In this document: positions 27,946-42,125 of the stretch, one piece after another | How the letters are laid out: each line of letters opens with the position of its first letter | Numbering within the stretch: the stretch's first letter is position 1 | Source: Octopus sinensis | Taxonomy: Eukaryota | NCBI RefSeq assembly: GCF_006345805.1 | Contig: NC_042997.1 | Coordinates: 185,318,001-185,382,000 of the forward strand | DNA: 64,000 nt | Direction of reading: 5' to 3' | Notes under the pieces: model-generated | Database searches by the model: none | Told to the model about the DNA's origin: nothing | The model's input: the letters and a program-made list of their open reading frames with translations, nothing else | Made by a program: the position numbers and the translations under genes

Positions 27946-29018
27946 ATACCTAAAAAAATTAATTATTGAAAATGCTACATATCAGCACCTGATAATAGGA
28001 TACCGATGATCGATTCAATGAGCTAGGTTTCGATTTACCAGTGTGAGAGTGAGTGTGTGTGTGTGTGTGTGGAGAGGACACATTTCACATGCATCTAGTC
28101 GTTAATGTTTTTAGTGAATCTTTTAAACACTACAATATCCCATTTCTGCACCTTACAGTATCTTGTTTTGTATGTAAAGAGCAATAATGAGAAGTATCAA
28201 GACGTGAAAATCCCGCTGTGTGGCCTGGAGCAAGTGGTAAGTTACTGGGAAACCGTCATTATGACGCGGCTTCAACTTCCGGTTGCATTCATTTCACTTC
28301 CATTACGCCACTAATATCCTTGGCAAAGGATATTATTTTCCCTATCTCCTCCCATAAAATACAGGGCATTTGTGTTTCTAGCCCCCAAAGAAACTGATAA
28401 TTAGAAGGTGTTGGTGGGTTATAATGCTATAGTGTTGCCGCGGTTGATGTTGTTTATGTTATTATTCCTGCTGCTGTTGCAGCAGTGAGGGCTATGACGT
28501 CAGTAATGGTGATAGTAGTATTGATATGAGGAAGAAGAAGGGGAGGAGGTGGAGGAGGAGAAGCAGCAGCAGCAGCAGAAAGATAAAGAAAACAGAAAAC
28601 AAAAAATAGAAAGAAACGATATTCATTGGCTGAAAGAGTATCAAGTATGAATGAAGAGTGGACGAGAATACAATCATTTTTTTCTGGACAGTACAAGACA
28701 TTCTTTCCTTCCGGATTATTTTGTAAACCCTCTCAGGCAATCATGAAAACTATTCTCACCAATTAAATCCCATTCGCGCTTTAATAGTAATTCCAGAAAC
28801 TCTTTAGATTCACTGTCTGCAAGGCAAAAATATCTTAGGAAGAAATCCCTCTTGTTCCGGGTCTCACCTTTTATACCACACTACCGCCATCTTAATTGCA
28901 CACATGCAAACATATAAACACAAACACACAGAGACACGCATGCACGCATAGACAGATGTAAGCGTGCACAAACTCACATATAGAGCTTCTAATAAGCAAG
29001 ACAACTACCAAACCAGCT

Positions 29019-29053
<35 letters not shown>

Positions 29054-29384
29054 ATGAGAGGCAGCGTGCCAATCAGTCAACCGTCAGTGCAACCAAACTG
29101 AACCAGTCATAAGAGAGAAGAATAATGCTTAAGTCTGTTATTTGACTTGAAGAAACAACAACAGCGACAACAACAACAACAACAACAACGAAAGCAAATA
29201 CAAGGAGTAGGGGAAAAGGAGATGATGAATAATAGGAAGAAGAATTAGGAGAAGTGAAACAACGCAAACAAAAACAGCACCATCACGATGGAGCTCATAT
29301 ACGTGACGTATGGTGAGCGAGAGTGAATGAATGGAGTTTGTCTGGTTGTGGGTCACAGGAATCTGTTCGTCGAGTTGTACCCTT

Positions 29385-29435
<51 letters not shown>

Positions 29436-29564
29436 CAAATATAAGTAAAAAGATAGATATATATATATAGCCATATATATATATAAACAAGTATAAGTAA
29501 AAAGATATTTATATATATATATATATAGCCATATATATATATATAAACAAATATAAATAAAAAG

Positions 29565-29613
<49 letters not shown>

Positions 29614-29635
29614 TTAGTTATATTTGTTTATTTCA

Positions 29636-29766
29636 TTTCATAAACATTTATTCTCTCACCACTGGCTTCTTGCATTTTTTCTCGCTTATCTCCCCATTAT
29701 ATATATATATATATTATATTATATATATATATGGGTATATATATATATGTCATTTTACTTATATTT

Positions 29767-29832
<66 letters not shown>

Positions 29833-29900
29833 GTATAATGGGGAGATAAGCGAGAAAAAATGCAAGAAGCAAGTGGGTGAGAGAATGAATGTTTATGAAA
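29636..29900. repeat. Inverted repeat, ~65-bp arms around a (TA)n spacer
   Basis: TTTCATAAACATTTATTCTCTCACC...TCTCCCCATTAT versus ATAATGGGGAGATAAGCGAG...GTTTATGAAA. Confidence 0.85.
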
Positions 29901-30205
29901 AGAAAAGAGAAGAAAAAAATTAGGAAGGTTGCCAAAACTGTGCCATTACGAAGTGGCTGAGATAAAAATAAATGAACAAAACAAAAAGTATGCACAGTAG
30001 AGAGAAGAGCCAACAACAACAAAAAGAACAACGGTAAGAACACCAAGGAAAAAATACTAAAATATAAAAAATTAACAATGTAACAACAAAATACCAGATA
30101 CTTGGATAGGGCTAAGAAAATAGACACCCTGGTGAGTGATTGTCTCCAAGATAGGTTAATTACTGCATAAAAAAGAAAAAAATACGAGATAGGGATGACA
30201 ATAAA

Positions 30206-30246
<41 letters not shown>

Positions 30247-30308
30247 TAGTAATAATAATACTAATAATGATAGTAATAATAATACTAATAATGATAGTAA
30301 TAATAATA

Positions 30309-30363
<55 letters not shown>

Positions 30364-30469
30364 GTAATAATAATAATAATAATAGTAATAATAATGATAA
30401 TAATGATAATAGTAGTAATAATAATAATAGTAATAATAGTAATAATAATAATAGTAATAATAGTAATAA

Positions 30470-30888
30470 GGCGTAGGAGTGGCGGTGTGGTAAGTAGCGT
30501 GTTTACCAACCACATGATTCCGGGTTCAGTCCCACTGCGTGGCATCTTGGGCAAGTGTCTTCTACTATAGCCTCGGGCCGAGCAAAGCCTTGTGGGTGGA
30601 TTTGGTAGACGGAAACTGGAAGAAGCCCGTCGTATATATGTATATATATTTATATATATATATGCGTGTGTGTGTTTGTGTGTCTGTGTTTGTGCCCCTA
30701 GCATTGCTTGACAACCGATGCTGGTGTGTTTATGTCACCGTTACTTAGCGGTTCGGCAGAAGAGACCGATAGAATAAGTACTAGGCTTACAAAAGAATAA
30801 GTCCCGGGGTCGAGTTCCTCGATTAAAGGCGGTGCTCCAGCATGGCCGCAGTCAAATGACTGAAACAAGTAAAAGAGAGTAAAAGAGT
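30470..30888 (+). mobile_element. Full-length tRNA-derived SINE family A (CORE-like)
   Basis: A-box GTGGCGGTGTGGTAAG, B-box GGGTTCAGTCCC, TTGGGCAAGTGTCTT, internal (TA)/(TG) microsatellite, AAAAGAG tail. Confidence 0.9.
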
Positions 30889-30905
30889 AATAATAATAAT
30901 AATAA

Positions 30906-31095
30906 TGGTTTCAACTTTTGCCGCAATAGCAGCCATTTTGGGGAGGGGATTAGTCGATTACATCGACCCTCAATGTATCACTGGTACTTGATTTATCGAC
31001 CACAAAAGGATGAAAGGCAAAGTCGACTTCGGCGGAATTTGAAGTCAGAACGTAGCTACGGGCGAAATACTCCTAAGCATTTCGTCCAGCTCTAA
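30906..31095 (-). mobile_element. SINE family B monomer
   Basis: GTCGATTACATCGACCC...AAAGGATGAAAGGCAAAGTCGAC.TCGGCGGAATTTGAA. Confidence 0.8.
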
Positions 31096-31819
31096 TGTAA
31101 TAATAATGATAATAATAATAACAATAATAGTAATTTTAATCTCCTTCCTCTTCTGTTTATTCTTCTTCTTTTCTATTACTACTACTACAACTACTACCAC
31201 CACCATATGCCACTCTCTCTCGCTCTCTCTCTCTCTGTATATACATATATGTATATAATAACAAAATAATAAATAAAACATATGCATATATACATACATA
31301 TATGTACGTACCTACATCTATATGTATATATACATGCATATATAGGTACAGGACACCAAAAAAAAAAAAACGTCGAACACGATGAGGAACGAAAACATAA
31401 AAACAAATCCAAGGAAACGGACATTTTTTTAAACAACGAAAAAACAGCCACCTCTGTTTCGTCTACTCCGAGTTTCGAAGGTAATATCCTTGTTGCTTAG
31501 TTTGATTTTTATCACCTTATTTTGAAATTGTATGGATAACACCGTACGAAATTCTGGTGCCTCAACTTAAATACCATATTCATCTGAAACAAAATTTTTG
31601 CTAAACTCATCTACCATGCCCAATATATATACATACATATAAATCAATCTTTACCAGCGCCACTATTTATCATCAACACCAAAAGCAATACACAACCATC
31701 ACCTTTACCAACACCCCTCAACTTCTTAATGAGCCACAACAACATTAACTATAGTATGAACAAGATACGCAATTCCATCTAAAATAAAAAAAAAGACAAT
31801 GACGTGAGATAATGTTGTA

Positions 31820-32043
31820 CTTTTATTCTTTTATTTGTTTCAGTCATTTTGACTGCCGCCATGCTGGAGCACCGCCTTTCAGTCGAAGAAATCGACCCCA
31901 GGAACTTATTCTTTGTAAGTCTGGTACTTATTCTATCGTCCCTTTTGCGGAACCGCTAAGTTACGGAGACGTAAACACGCCAACACCGGTTGTCAAGTGA
32001 TAGTTGTGGGGCGAAAAACACCGACAAAGACACATACACATAA

Positions 32044-32081
<38 letters not shown>

Positions 32082-32172
32082 ACGAGGTGGTTCTTTCAGT
32101 TTCCGTCAGCCAAATCTACCCATAAGGCTTTGGTCGGCTCGAGACTATAGTAGAAGACACTCGCCCAAGGTG
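31820..32172 (-). mobile_element. SINE family A, 5'-truncated
   Basis: GCCATGCTGGAGCACCGCCTTT...GAACCGCTAAGTTACGG...TAGTAGAAGACAC. Confidence 0.8.
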
Positions 32173-34227
32173 GAACATGCAAAATGTGGAAGTGAGGATG
32201 TATGTATGTGAATATGTGTCAGTATGTATGATAGGCTGTGAGAAATAAACACAAACAGACAGTAAATGATTAACAGTGTCATGCGAGGAGTTTCGATTTC
32301 TTTTTACAAAATCCCTACATTTTTTTTTAGAGTAATTAGTCACTGTGATGAGACAGGTATACATGAAGAGATAATAAGAAACTTGGGTAAAAAACAATGA
32401 AATTCAAAGATTAAAGGCAACGCTAAGAAGAAAATGTAGGCACAGCTGGAAATATAAAAAAATAATAATTGACGCCAAAATGGTAACTTTTTCGTGGCTG
32501 ATAGAAATAGTGAAGAAACATTTTCTAAATAACCTATTAATTAGAAAAAACAAAACGAAACAAGGAAGCGGCATGGTTATTACACTTTGGTTACAAAAAT
32601 CCTTAGGAAGGTCATGGCTGGAATTCTTTTGATCATAGGAGGTCTCGTCGATCAAGGTCGACTTTGAGCTAAACAACACGAACAAAGAAATTATGGAAAA
32701 AAAAGTAGGGCAGGGCTGACAAAAATAAAAAAATAAAGCCACAAAAATACATTATTTGAAGGGAAATAGGTGTGAGGTGAACTGTAAATTGGGGTAATTT
32801 TCTTAAATAAGTTTTCTTTTATGATTATGACACTTCTTTGTATATTTATTTATTTACTTGTACATAGCTTTTTTTCGGTATGAGTGTGCGAAGAAGACTC
32901 CATCAGCTTCGCTGTTTTAACAATATTTGCATTTTTTTTTTTTGTATTAAATGAAAACAAAATTCACTTGTCATATCTTTTTATGGCGTCCATTTTTTGC
33001 GTTCTTATTTCCTCAGCTCTGGATCCCCGTCACCCACATTTATGCAGATCAATTTAAAAAAAAAAACACTAAAAAACACTAAAAAAACTGAAGGCAGATT
33101 AAACAATGACACCAGTTTAGAATCTTAGATATAGTTTTTTATTCTATCAAAATATGCAGTAGAAATCTCTGCTATTTTTGCCGTAATGTAACCCCATCTT
33201 TCACAAATAACACTCATGCACATGCATATATCGTTTTTTCTCTCTGTACCTGTCTCTCTTTTTACATTCTCTCCCGCTGCCTTTGTTTTTTTTTCACTCA
33301 TCTATCTCCCTTCATTCTCGTTTTTTCCCTATCAGTGTCATATAAATGTTGTTTTTTTTCTTTTCAGTAAACTTGCAAGCATGATACGAAACGAAATGAA
33401 CTTCAGATAAACATAAAGAAAAGTATGAATTTAGGTGTATATGAAGAGAGAAAAAAAAGTAATAGGGAATAATGTCTTGAATCTAGGACGTTATGACAAA
33501 GAGAGGACAGGGATGAGGAGGGAAAACAGAAGAGGAAGAAAAAGAAGAGGAAGAAAAAGAAGAGGAAGAAGAAGGAGAAGGAGAAAAACAACGACGACGA
33601 AAATGACATCACGACGACGATGATAATGATAAGAGAGAGAGAGAGAAAGGGAGAGAAAAATATAGGTGATAGGTGAGTGAGAAAGACAGAACTACAGGAG
33701 AGTAAGTGAGAAAGAAGAAGCGGTGCAGAAAAAAAAACAATGTATGCATATCATAGTATTTATTTTTTGTATAAATAATATGCAAACGGAATACAGAATA
33801 GCAAATGTACTATTATATTACATTTTTACAGTGAACATATCTGAAATACCAAACTAGTGTCGTTCATGGTGGTGACCTGAAAGATCTTGTTAGAAGGAAC
33901 TAAAATATAAAATTATAATGATAATACTAAGATGTACTCTTTATAGTATAGTGGTTATAATTAATAGAATAGTAGGTTTACAATATTGAGTTTGTATATT
34001 CATTGAAGTTCCATCACTTCAAGGTTATATACTTCCGCAGCGGAAGAGAAAAGACTCCAATGACAATTTGTCCATCTATTTGCTTGGAGCCTGTTTGTAT
34101 GTCTGCTTGCCTGACAGATTGTGTGTCTTAGGTCTTGCTTCATTACTTTTGGTTTCACTTTTATTTCACTTCAACACATACTCAGAGTAAAAAAATGATC
34201 AATAATGATTTACAAGTGGTTACATTT

Positions 34228-34276
<49 letters not shown>

Positions 34277-34314
34277 TGTGTGTGTGTGTGTGTGTGTGGT
34301 GTGTGTGTGTGTAT

Positions 34315-34530
34315 AGGCAAATCGAAAATTAAAATAAAATACAAAACAACAAAAGTCAATAGACGTACACTGTGAATGTTGACGATCAGTCCAAGATGGA
34401 AAAAGAGAGGTGGTGGGTGTAACGTTTAGAGCATGGTTCTTTGTCAGAAAGAAGAAAGTGGAAAGAGGAAAAGATCAGGGAAGAAAAAATAGTCGAAGAA
34501 AAACGCGTGTGTGGTTCAAACTTCAACAGT
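34315..34530 (-). mobile_element. Microsatellite-embedded pLTR-like unit with a decayed short-stem hammerhead (~34415-34450)
   Basis: Minus strand ttt CTGACAA agaaccatgctc TAAAC GT TA; core has substitutions; flanked by (TG)n and (TA)n. Confidence 0.45.
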
Positions 34531-34543
34531 AGTATATATATAT

Positions 34544-34609
<66 letters not shown>

Positions 34610-34648
34610 GGTGCGTGTGTGTGTGTAGGTATGTATGTGTGTGTATAA

Positions 34649-34699
<51 letters not shown>

Positions 34700-35294
34700 A
34701 TGAAAGTAGTCACGATAAACAGAAATGCTTGTCATTTGTTCATACGTACGTTTCACAGTTGTGTTCGTTAGGAACACTTCACTGGGTGCTCCAAGAGCCA
34801 TTGGATACTTAATCCCAATGTACGTAATTTCTTCTACATTTGCTCTGTATATCATAACCAGTATATCAGCCAAAATACTATTTTTAAATGAGACCAGATG
34901 ATGATAATCTATGTGGAGCAGTCAAGTGTAGCAGCCATACATCTAACTGTACACGCAATATATAAGTTTATCTGTCTGTTTGTCTATCTTTCTGTCTGAC
35001 TCTCTCTCTCTCCCTCTCTCGCTATAAGCATAATTAGTTTTGTGTAAATTATTCACCAAGTTTCAGCTGAATGTACGACTAAGATGCTGTATTGCTTGTA
35101 TCGTCGAAATATAATTTTATCTTGATTTCATATTTTGGTCCAAGGCCAGCAAAGTCAATTTCATATTTTGGTCCCAGGCCGGCAAAGTCGATTTCATTTT
35201 TCCCAGTGCTCAACTGTTATTTATTTTATCAAGCCCGAAAAGATGACAGGCAAAGTCGACCGCGGCGGATTTTGAAAATTATTCAATATTAATA

Positions 35295-35855
35295 TTGGAT
35301 TGTCCGGAAAGTTTGTGCCGATTTATAGTAGCTTACATTTAGACTTAATTTAGAACATGGTTGAGTCCATAGAATAGGATTTGACTACACCTCCATTTAG
35401 AGCACAGTTTAAGCTACCTTTCGTGGAAGAAGGTTTATGTTACTATAACCTGTGTTAATTCTGTAACCCATTAAAATGGAAGATAAAGTTCATTTTCGGC
35501 ACTTGATGCTTTGGGAACCAGACAAAAATTGCTGCAGCTCGGCTGGGATGTGTTACCCACCCTCCATATTCACCAGATATTGCTCCTTTGGATTTCCACT
35601 AATTCAGGTCTCTGCAGAATAGTCTTAACGGTAAAAATTTCAATTCCTTGGATGACGTAAAAAGATACCTTGATGAATTATTTGCCATGAAACCACCTCA
35701 TTTCTGGGAAGAGGGCATTTTCAAGTTAAAGGAAAGATGGAGACACATTGTGCAACAAAATAGTTCATATTTGGTTGATTAAAAATATAATGGTAAGTAT
35801 TTATTGACCTTTTTGTTTCATTTATAAATCGGTACGAACTTTCCGGACAACCCAA
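35295..35855 (+). mobile_element. Internally deleted mariner (DD34D) transposon with both TIRs and TA target duplication
   Basis: TA|TTGGATTGTCCGGAAAGTTTGTGCCGATTT ... AAATCGGTACGAACTTTCCGGACAACCCAA|TA; remnant LGWDVL.HPPYSPDIAPLDFH...GIFKLKERW. Confidence 0.92.
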
Positions 35856-38800
35856 TAGCTTCTGTTTACTTGGAAATTTTTAGTGTTTTGAGAAACTAAT
35901 GTGTGTATGTGTGGCGCGTATGTGTCTGTACGCGCGTGTTTGAAAATATGTATTTTTATATGAAACCGAAATCTGTATTTGTGAACATATTCCGAATATC
36001 ATTTGGAGTTTTATTACTGAATAGAAACTTGATCGTAACAATCTGAACTCTTATCACACTTATTCTTGTATCAACAAACGTACGTATTAAAAAAGACAAA
36101 CAAACCAAGAAAAGAAAAGAGCTGTAGCATGGATAGAACACATAACCAGATAGAAGAAGAGGAAAAAAAAAAAATAACAGATAGTGAATCAGCTCAAACA
36201 ATAAACAGAGAGATAAAAACACCAAAAAGGCATTTCGAACTGCAAAAGAAGAAGAAAAAAAATAGAATGCAACGATTTAAAACAATGTAAAAAGAATAAA
36301 TCGCTGAACTAAATTCTTGAAGATATATACCTACCAAAAGTCTACGCATTATCTCTCTTTCTTTCATTCATCCGTATTTTTTTTTTTAAACCACGCTATC
36401 AATCTTTGTGACTATGCTCACCCTTTCGTGCACATATTTTTGTAAACTTCTTAAGAATACTTGGATAGTGACAATGATCAATTAGAGAGATATCTTATAA
36501 AACGGTCGAATAGACTGATATACATCATATATATGGTGAAGGAAATCTGAACATGTCTTGAATATTTCTTCTCTTTCTCTCTCTCTCTAACGCACACACA
36601 ATCTCTCTCTCTCTCTGTCTGTCTGTCTCTCACTCTCTCTCTTTCTCACTCTCTCTCTCTCTCACTCTCGCTCTGTCTGTGTACCTCCACTTCTTTTCTG
36701 TATCTATTTCCCACCCACACGTACATATGTAAAAACTTACATATATACGTGCTTATATATTTGTGTCTGAGTGAGTATGTGTGTGTGTGGGTATATATGT
36801 GTGTGTATACATCTTTTGCTTTCATTCTGCGGTAAACGGTAAAGACCACCAGGAACGATACCACTTCGATGTACAGCTAGTTGATAAGGCCCCTGAATGA
36901 AATCTAAGAATTCAATTAGTAAGTAGTAAGCAGTAAGTAGGCAAATGTTATCACATTCTGTAGGTATGGTCTACCACGTCTCTCTCTCCATCCCTCTTTC
37001 TCTCTCCCTCCCTCTTTCTTTCTCCCTCCCTCCTTCTCTCTTTTTCTTTCTCCCTCTCTCTTTCTCTCTCCCTCCCTTCCTTTTCTCTCTCCCTCCCTCC
37101 CTCCCTCTTTCTATCTCCCTCCCCCTCTCTCTCTTTCAGACTCTTCCACCCTGTCTTTACTGAATTTGTTTCACTTTCGAATTTGTCGATTCTACCAACC
37201 ACACACACACACACACACTTAAACACAAACATACATACACATTCACACCTACTTAAACACATGACATACTCACATACACACAGATATATATACACTCATA
37301 CATTATACACTACATTTTGGAGGTGCACACAAATACATCACAAGTAACAAAATATTGATTTACCTATTTAAAAGCAATTGACACGTACTATATTCCAAAT
37401 GCTTAGAAGTTCTATACTCTTGTATTCAGATAGATGCATTCTGGACTGAAACATAGAATATAATATTGTTATAGTAATTACTAAATGCACTTTGAATGTC
37501 CTGCGTAGTTCATATCTACAAACATGTGCACCAAACAGATTATAGCGTATATTTGTCTAAATGCATTCTATAAATGAAATGAAAGAGCTTAGAGAAATAA
37601 CTCAGAATGGCCAGTGGCTTGTATTCGAACAACAAAGAGGAATAAGGATATATCAAATAATATACATGATAAATTTTGGATTTCTAAAACTTATCTATGC
37701 TTCCAAATAGGAATGATCGATTGATTACTGGCTATTGGAACGGACGGCAACTGATAAAGGGAGGTAATTTTTTAAATTATGTATACTCCAAAATGTTCAT
37801 GCTATTAACGAAAAACCTGTCTGATTGAGAACAGTTGTGAACATCTATTTCTGCGTCAGTAGGTGTCATCAGCATATCAATTGACCTGCCATCTATTTTT
37901 TTTTATCTTAGGTCACTTGTGAGGTCTCCCATGAGTACTACTGTTAACATAGAATACACTACAATCTGTTGCATGGTCGGGTCATCGGTGACTGAACTGG
38001 CACTCTCGTTAGACTTGCCTAGTGAGAAGAGTTGCTCGAAACCCAGCAGGATTAGAAACAAAACGCGTCAAAATGGCGGATGAATCTAGTGTACGTTCAA
38101 CGACTATCTTGCAATAGCATAGGCCCTGAAAAATTTCCGATCGGTGTTCGGCGTGCTGCAAGACCACTGGGAATAAGGCACGCCTTGGATTCTGTGAAAG
38201 CATGTTTATGGAATCCATTTCAAACCCAGGCAACAACTACTCCGATAATTGGTGGTAACCTGACCAGCAAAACCTCAGCGACGGTCGACAATCGACTGCA
38301 AGATGAGCTGCTTTGGATCAAGCTATCCCAAAGTGTGTAAGCATATGAGTGGAGACTATATGTGAACATGTATTCACCAGGAAACCCCGAACAGTTCAAT
38401 CCATTCCGAGTGAATGGCACCGCAAATACTGCTAAGTGCATTTGTTTTTTCTGCAGACGCGACATTCAGCATATACTAAAAGTGACGAACACGATTATAG
38501 CCATGTTACTTGATATAAATGAAAGGAAAATAAGTTTAGTGTGGCAAAATTCATAGAATTGAATAGAACAACACACTAAGGGTGCAGTCAATAATATACG
38601 TGAGAAATTATTTATTTATTGAAATTATTTTCACTTTAGAGACGGTGGCCCAGACGCTTCTTGTTACATAGGACCAAATCTAAATCAAGAAGTGAGAGAT
38701 AATCTCAAGAATAAATTATTCTCCAAAGCGTATATGCCGTTAGGGAAAACGTAATCTGATTGAAGAGACCCTACTAAGTTTTGTATGTGTCACGTATCAC

Positions 38801-39444
38801 TTATGCAGAAGGTAAAACACATCTGCTGAAGATAAGGCGTGCTGATGACGCTTTTTGAAGAAGAAACACCTCCTACAGCTGAGATCTTGTCATTAGACAA
38901 TCAAAGTATCTGTTTCTTAATGAGATAAGAGTTTTGTGGAATTCTAGATTTTTGAGATAATTCCCCTTTTTTATTTGAATTTGATACCAATCGCAAGGAA
39001 GTGATTGGTACCATGTCTGGAAACGGAGTTAATTTCAATAAATCAAGAATTTATCATAAACATATTCTGCATTCAAATTTTCCCCTTTCCTCTTCTTCAT
39101 CTCGTATCGTATACTACAGTTCAATGCTACCAAATCAAGCAAGAGAAATTTCTAATCAGTTATAGAAAAACATAGCCGTTTCAATAAATACATCTTTCAC
39201 ACACTCACAGACACGCACTTCTGTGTGTATGTGAGTGTGTCTATATGTGTGTGAGTGTGTGTGTGTATGTGTGTTTATTAATTACTTTAAATATTCTAAG
39301 CCAGTGGCAATAATATGCCAATTCATATTTTCATTCATAGTGCTTTAAAAGGATCGTGAAACGGACATACGTACATAGATTTGTATGTATTTATGTATGT
39401 ATACTTGTATGCATATATCTATATGTATGTGTGTGTATGTATGA

Positions 39445-39611
<167 letters not shown>

Positions 39612-40392
39612 GTAGATATAGATAGATATATGTATACACACACACACAAATATAAATGTACACACATATAAATTGGGCGAAGGGGTTGGATAGCGGTAAA
39701 ATTAATTTGTTTGATTATCATACGCCAGTGTTCGAAATTCTGTATTAATTGCATTTAATTAATTTAACCGAAGCATATATTTATAGCATTAGTTTTGTTA
39801 TTCAACTCGGACACTAAACTGAGAATCATAGCTTTCTTATGTCAGTAAGTATATTAAATTTCCAGAAGCAGCTTGATGTGACAAAAGAGCGTTTCATAAA
39901 GTAATCACGAAACACGCGGCTAATAGTACTTGAGATTTTAGGTTAATTATTATGGTTGATTTTAAGGATTGTAAATATTAGCAATTCTGAAATTGCTGAA
40001 TATAATCAACAGATTGGTATTTATAATTGCAGAGATCTTTAATTCAGAGATGGAAGTTTGTACATAATTAAACATTGTTGTCTCAACTTTGTTGACTTTT
40101 TTTTTTACTTATTAAGATATGACGTAGAGTGGATGAGTATCGAATTCAAAGCGAAATTAAACACTATCTTCCTTTCGTTTGCATTTTTTTTTTGTTTATT
40201 TGCTAACTGTGAGAAATAAAGAGAAAAGTTGCGGCTTAGAAACGTAATTCATAAAAGTTTGTATAGAATAATTAAAATATTCAACAATGTTATTGCCGCA
40301 GGAATGAATGAATAAATAAACAAACAAACATACAAATAGTCAGATAACAACAACAACAACAATAATAATAATAACAATAATAATAATAATAA

Positions 40393-40625
40393 TGTTGTTG
40401 GCATCCTTTTTGTCTCGGAAGACAATGGAGTGGCGCATAAAGTAGTCTAGTCCGGCTTTTATATTTCATGTCCTGATACATTTCCTGCTGTGGCTGTGTA
40501 GTCCTATCCTGGACAAACACTCCCTCTGGCAGGTACCGCAAATGTAGCGAAGACTGTTCCTGGCTGGTTGTAGTGCCATAGTTTCTTGTTGACGTCTCTT
40601 CTTTTCTTTCCATTTCTCCTTTCCA
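40393..40625 (-). mobile_element. 3' tip of RTE/BovB-like LINE
   Basis: C-terminal zinc finger YICGTCQRECLSRIGLHSHSRKC, short 3' UTR ending in CAA repeats. Confidence 0.75.
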
Positions 40626-40646
40626 TTTCTAATAATAATAATAATA

Positions 40647-40687
<41 letters not shown>

Positions 40688-40689
<2 letters not shown>

Positions 40690-40975
40690 CTAACGATGCA
40701 TGGTACCTGTCTTCCACGTGCGGACACTGATCGCCTATACATGAAGAGAGCAAATGGAGAAAGGGGATTGATAAGTGTGAAAGATTGCATGCATATCGAA
40801 CTAGAGAGCTTAATGAGATAACGAGCCCAAAGTAAGGAAACCTTGCTAGCGACAGTTAAGAACGAAGGAGTATTGAAAGCAAAAAGGATATGAAAAAGAA
40901 TTACGCAAGAAGGGAATACACAATCAATTCCATGCAGCCACAACAGAAGTTGCTGGAAAAAATTGGTGGGAATGA
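40688..40975 (+). mobile_element. Internal R4/Dong-like RT C-terminal fragment
   Basis: LTMHGTCLPRADTDRLYMKRANGERGLISVKDC resembles the HPxADxDRLYxxRxxGGRGL motif; begins at (TAA)n. Confidence 0.75.
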
Positions 40976-40984
40976 GTGATGATG

Positions 40985-41530
40985 GCCTAAGATAGAATTT
41001 AGGCATCGACGAGGATAGTTTGAGTAGTCTCTAGTAGAGGACCTTCGGGTCGAAGATTATGGGCAATATCCAAAAGTCTTTGGCTTAGCAGTGCTACAGA
41101 AGGGTAGTGCCTGTTCGAGAAAGCTCTTCAGGTATGGAAGTGCCGACAGCCGAATTTACCCGAGACTTGCAGGGGGACGAAACTGTCCTGCATGTAATAA
41201 TTCAGTGTTCGTGCATTAAAGAGTTGTGGGATTGTGTGGAGCAGCTGTTGTCGCATGTAAGTCGAATTTCGCTGTCTGCTGAGTGAATAGCAGAGAAGGT
41301 AAGCAGATCTTTTTCTGTTTTGTGGCTGTGGCAAAAGACGCTGTTTGGTGGACCCGTCTGAATGGTTTGAAGACAGGCACATTCCTATCTGGTCGTCATC
41401 AATTTCTTCGAATATCATTTGAAGAGGAAGGTGAGGGTAAAGAGGGAGGTGTTGCCTTCTAGTGTGTTTATCAAAAGGTGGTCGACAGTGGCAAGACTGA
41501 ATGGATCTACTCTGAATATGCTTTATTTTC
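40985..41530 (+). mobile_element. Degenerate Tx1/L1-like LINE C-terminal (zf-RVT) fragment
   Basis: PVREKLFRYGSA....PR..QGDETVLHVIIQC motif with frameshifts and stops. Confidence 0.6.
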
Positions 41531-41764
41531 TTTGTTTTTTTCCTTTTTCTCTCTATCATTCTTCCCCTTTTCTCTATCACATGACTTTGTAAATGAACGA
41601 TCTGGTGTGTTTATTTTAATGTCCTACCAATGTATACAGTACGTTTCTCTGCCCTAGGTGTCAGGAAGACACTCGGTAAGAAATGGAAACAATGGAAAGA
41701 TGTTAATGAAGATAATAATAACAACAACAACAATAATAATGATGATGATAATAATAATAGATCC

Positions 41765-42125
41765 ATCATGTTTGTTTGATTCCAGGATCGTAAAGAAAGA
41801 AGACGTAAAACAAGGACATACAATCCCTTAACATTTGAAATTACTAGAATTTGGAATACGAAAAGTGTAAAGGTTGTGCCTATAATAATTGGTACATTGG
41901 GAATCGTAAGCAATGATATTGACAAATGGTTGAAGGAGATTGGAACAGAATGTCCTGTAGAGCTTCTACAGAAAGTTTGCCGCTTAGGGGCAAGAAAGAT
42001 CATCAGAAGGGTTCTAAGCACTTGAAAGACTATTGAAAACTAGTGGATACCGAAGGTTACAAGTCGTAACCTGCTACCCATATAAATCCTACCAGGAATA
42101 AGACCGAACTTGAGTCAAACCAACA
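41765..42125 (+). mobile_element. 3' end of R4/Dong-like retrotransposon
   Basis: K.RTYNPLTFEITRIWNTKSVKVVPIIIGTLG...LLQKVCRLGARKIIRRVLST*; preceded by another Dong 3' UTR piece (~41600-41705) and TAA/CAA repeats. Confidence 0.85.

Noticed and set aside
30470-30545. tRNA gene
   Set aside because: A and B boxes are present, but the sequence continues into a SINE body and I could not fold a cloverleaf; the same applies to the other SINE heads
37960-38460. GC-richer segment with several short ORFs, possibly an exon or retroelement 5' region
   Set aside because: No recognisable motif or consistent splice signals; cannot be assigned
38824-38880. CTGAAGA/CTGATGA...GAAAC hammerhead-like words
   Set aside because: No stem II closing next to the core, no stem III or NUH triplet; probably chance
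39870-39925. TTGATGTGA...TCACGAAACACGCGG hammerhead-like motif
   Set aside because: Core is incomplete and there is no GTH triplet or stem I
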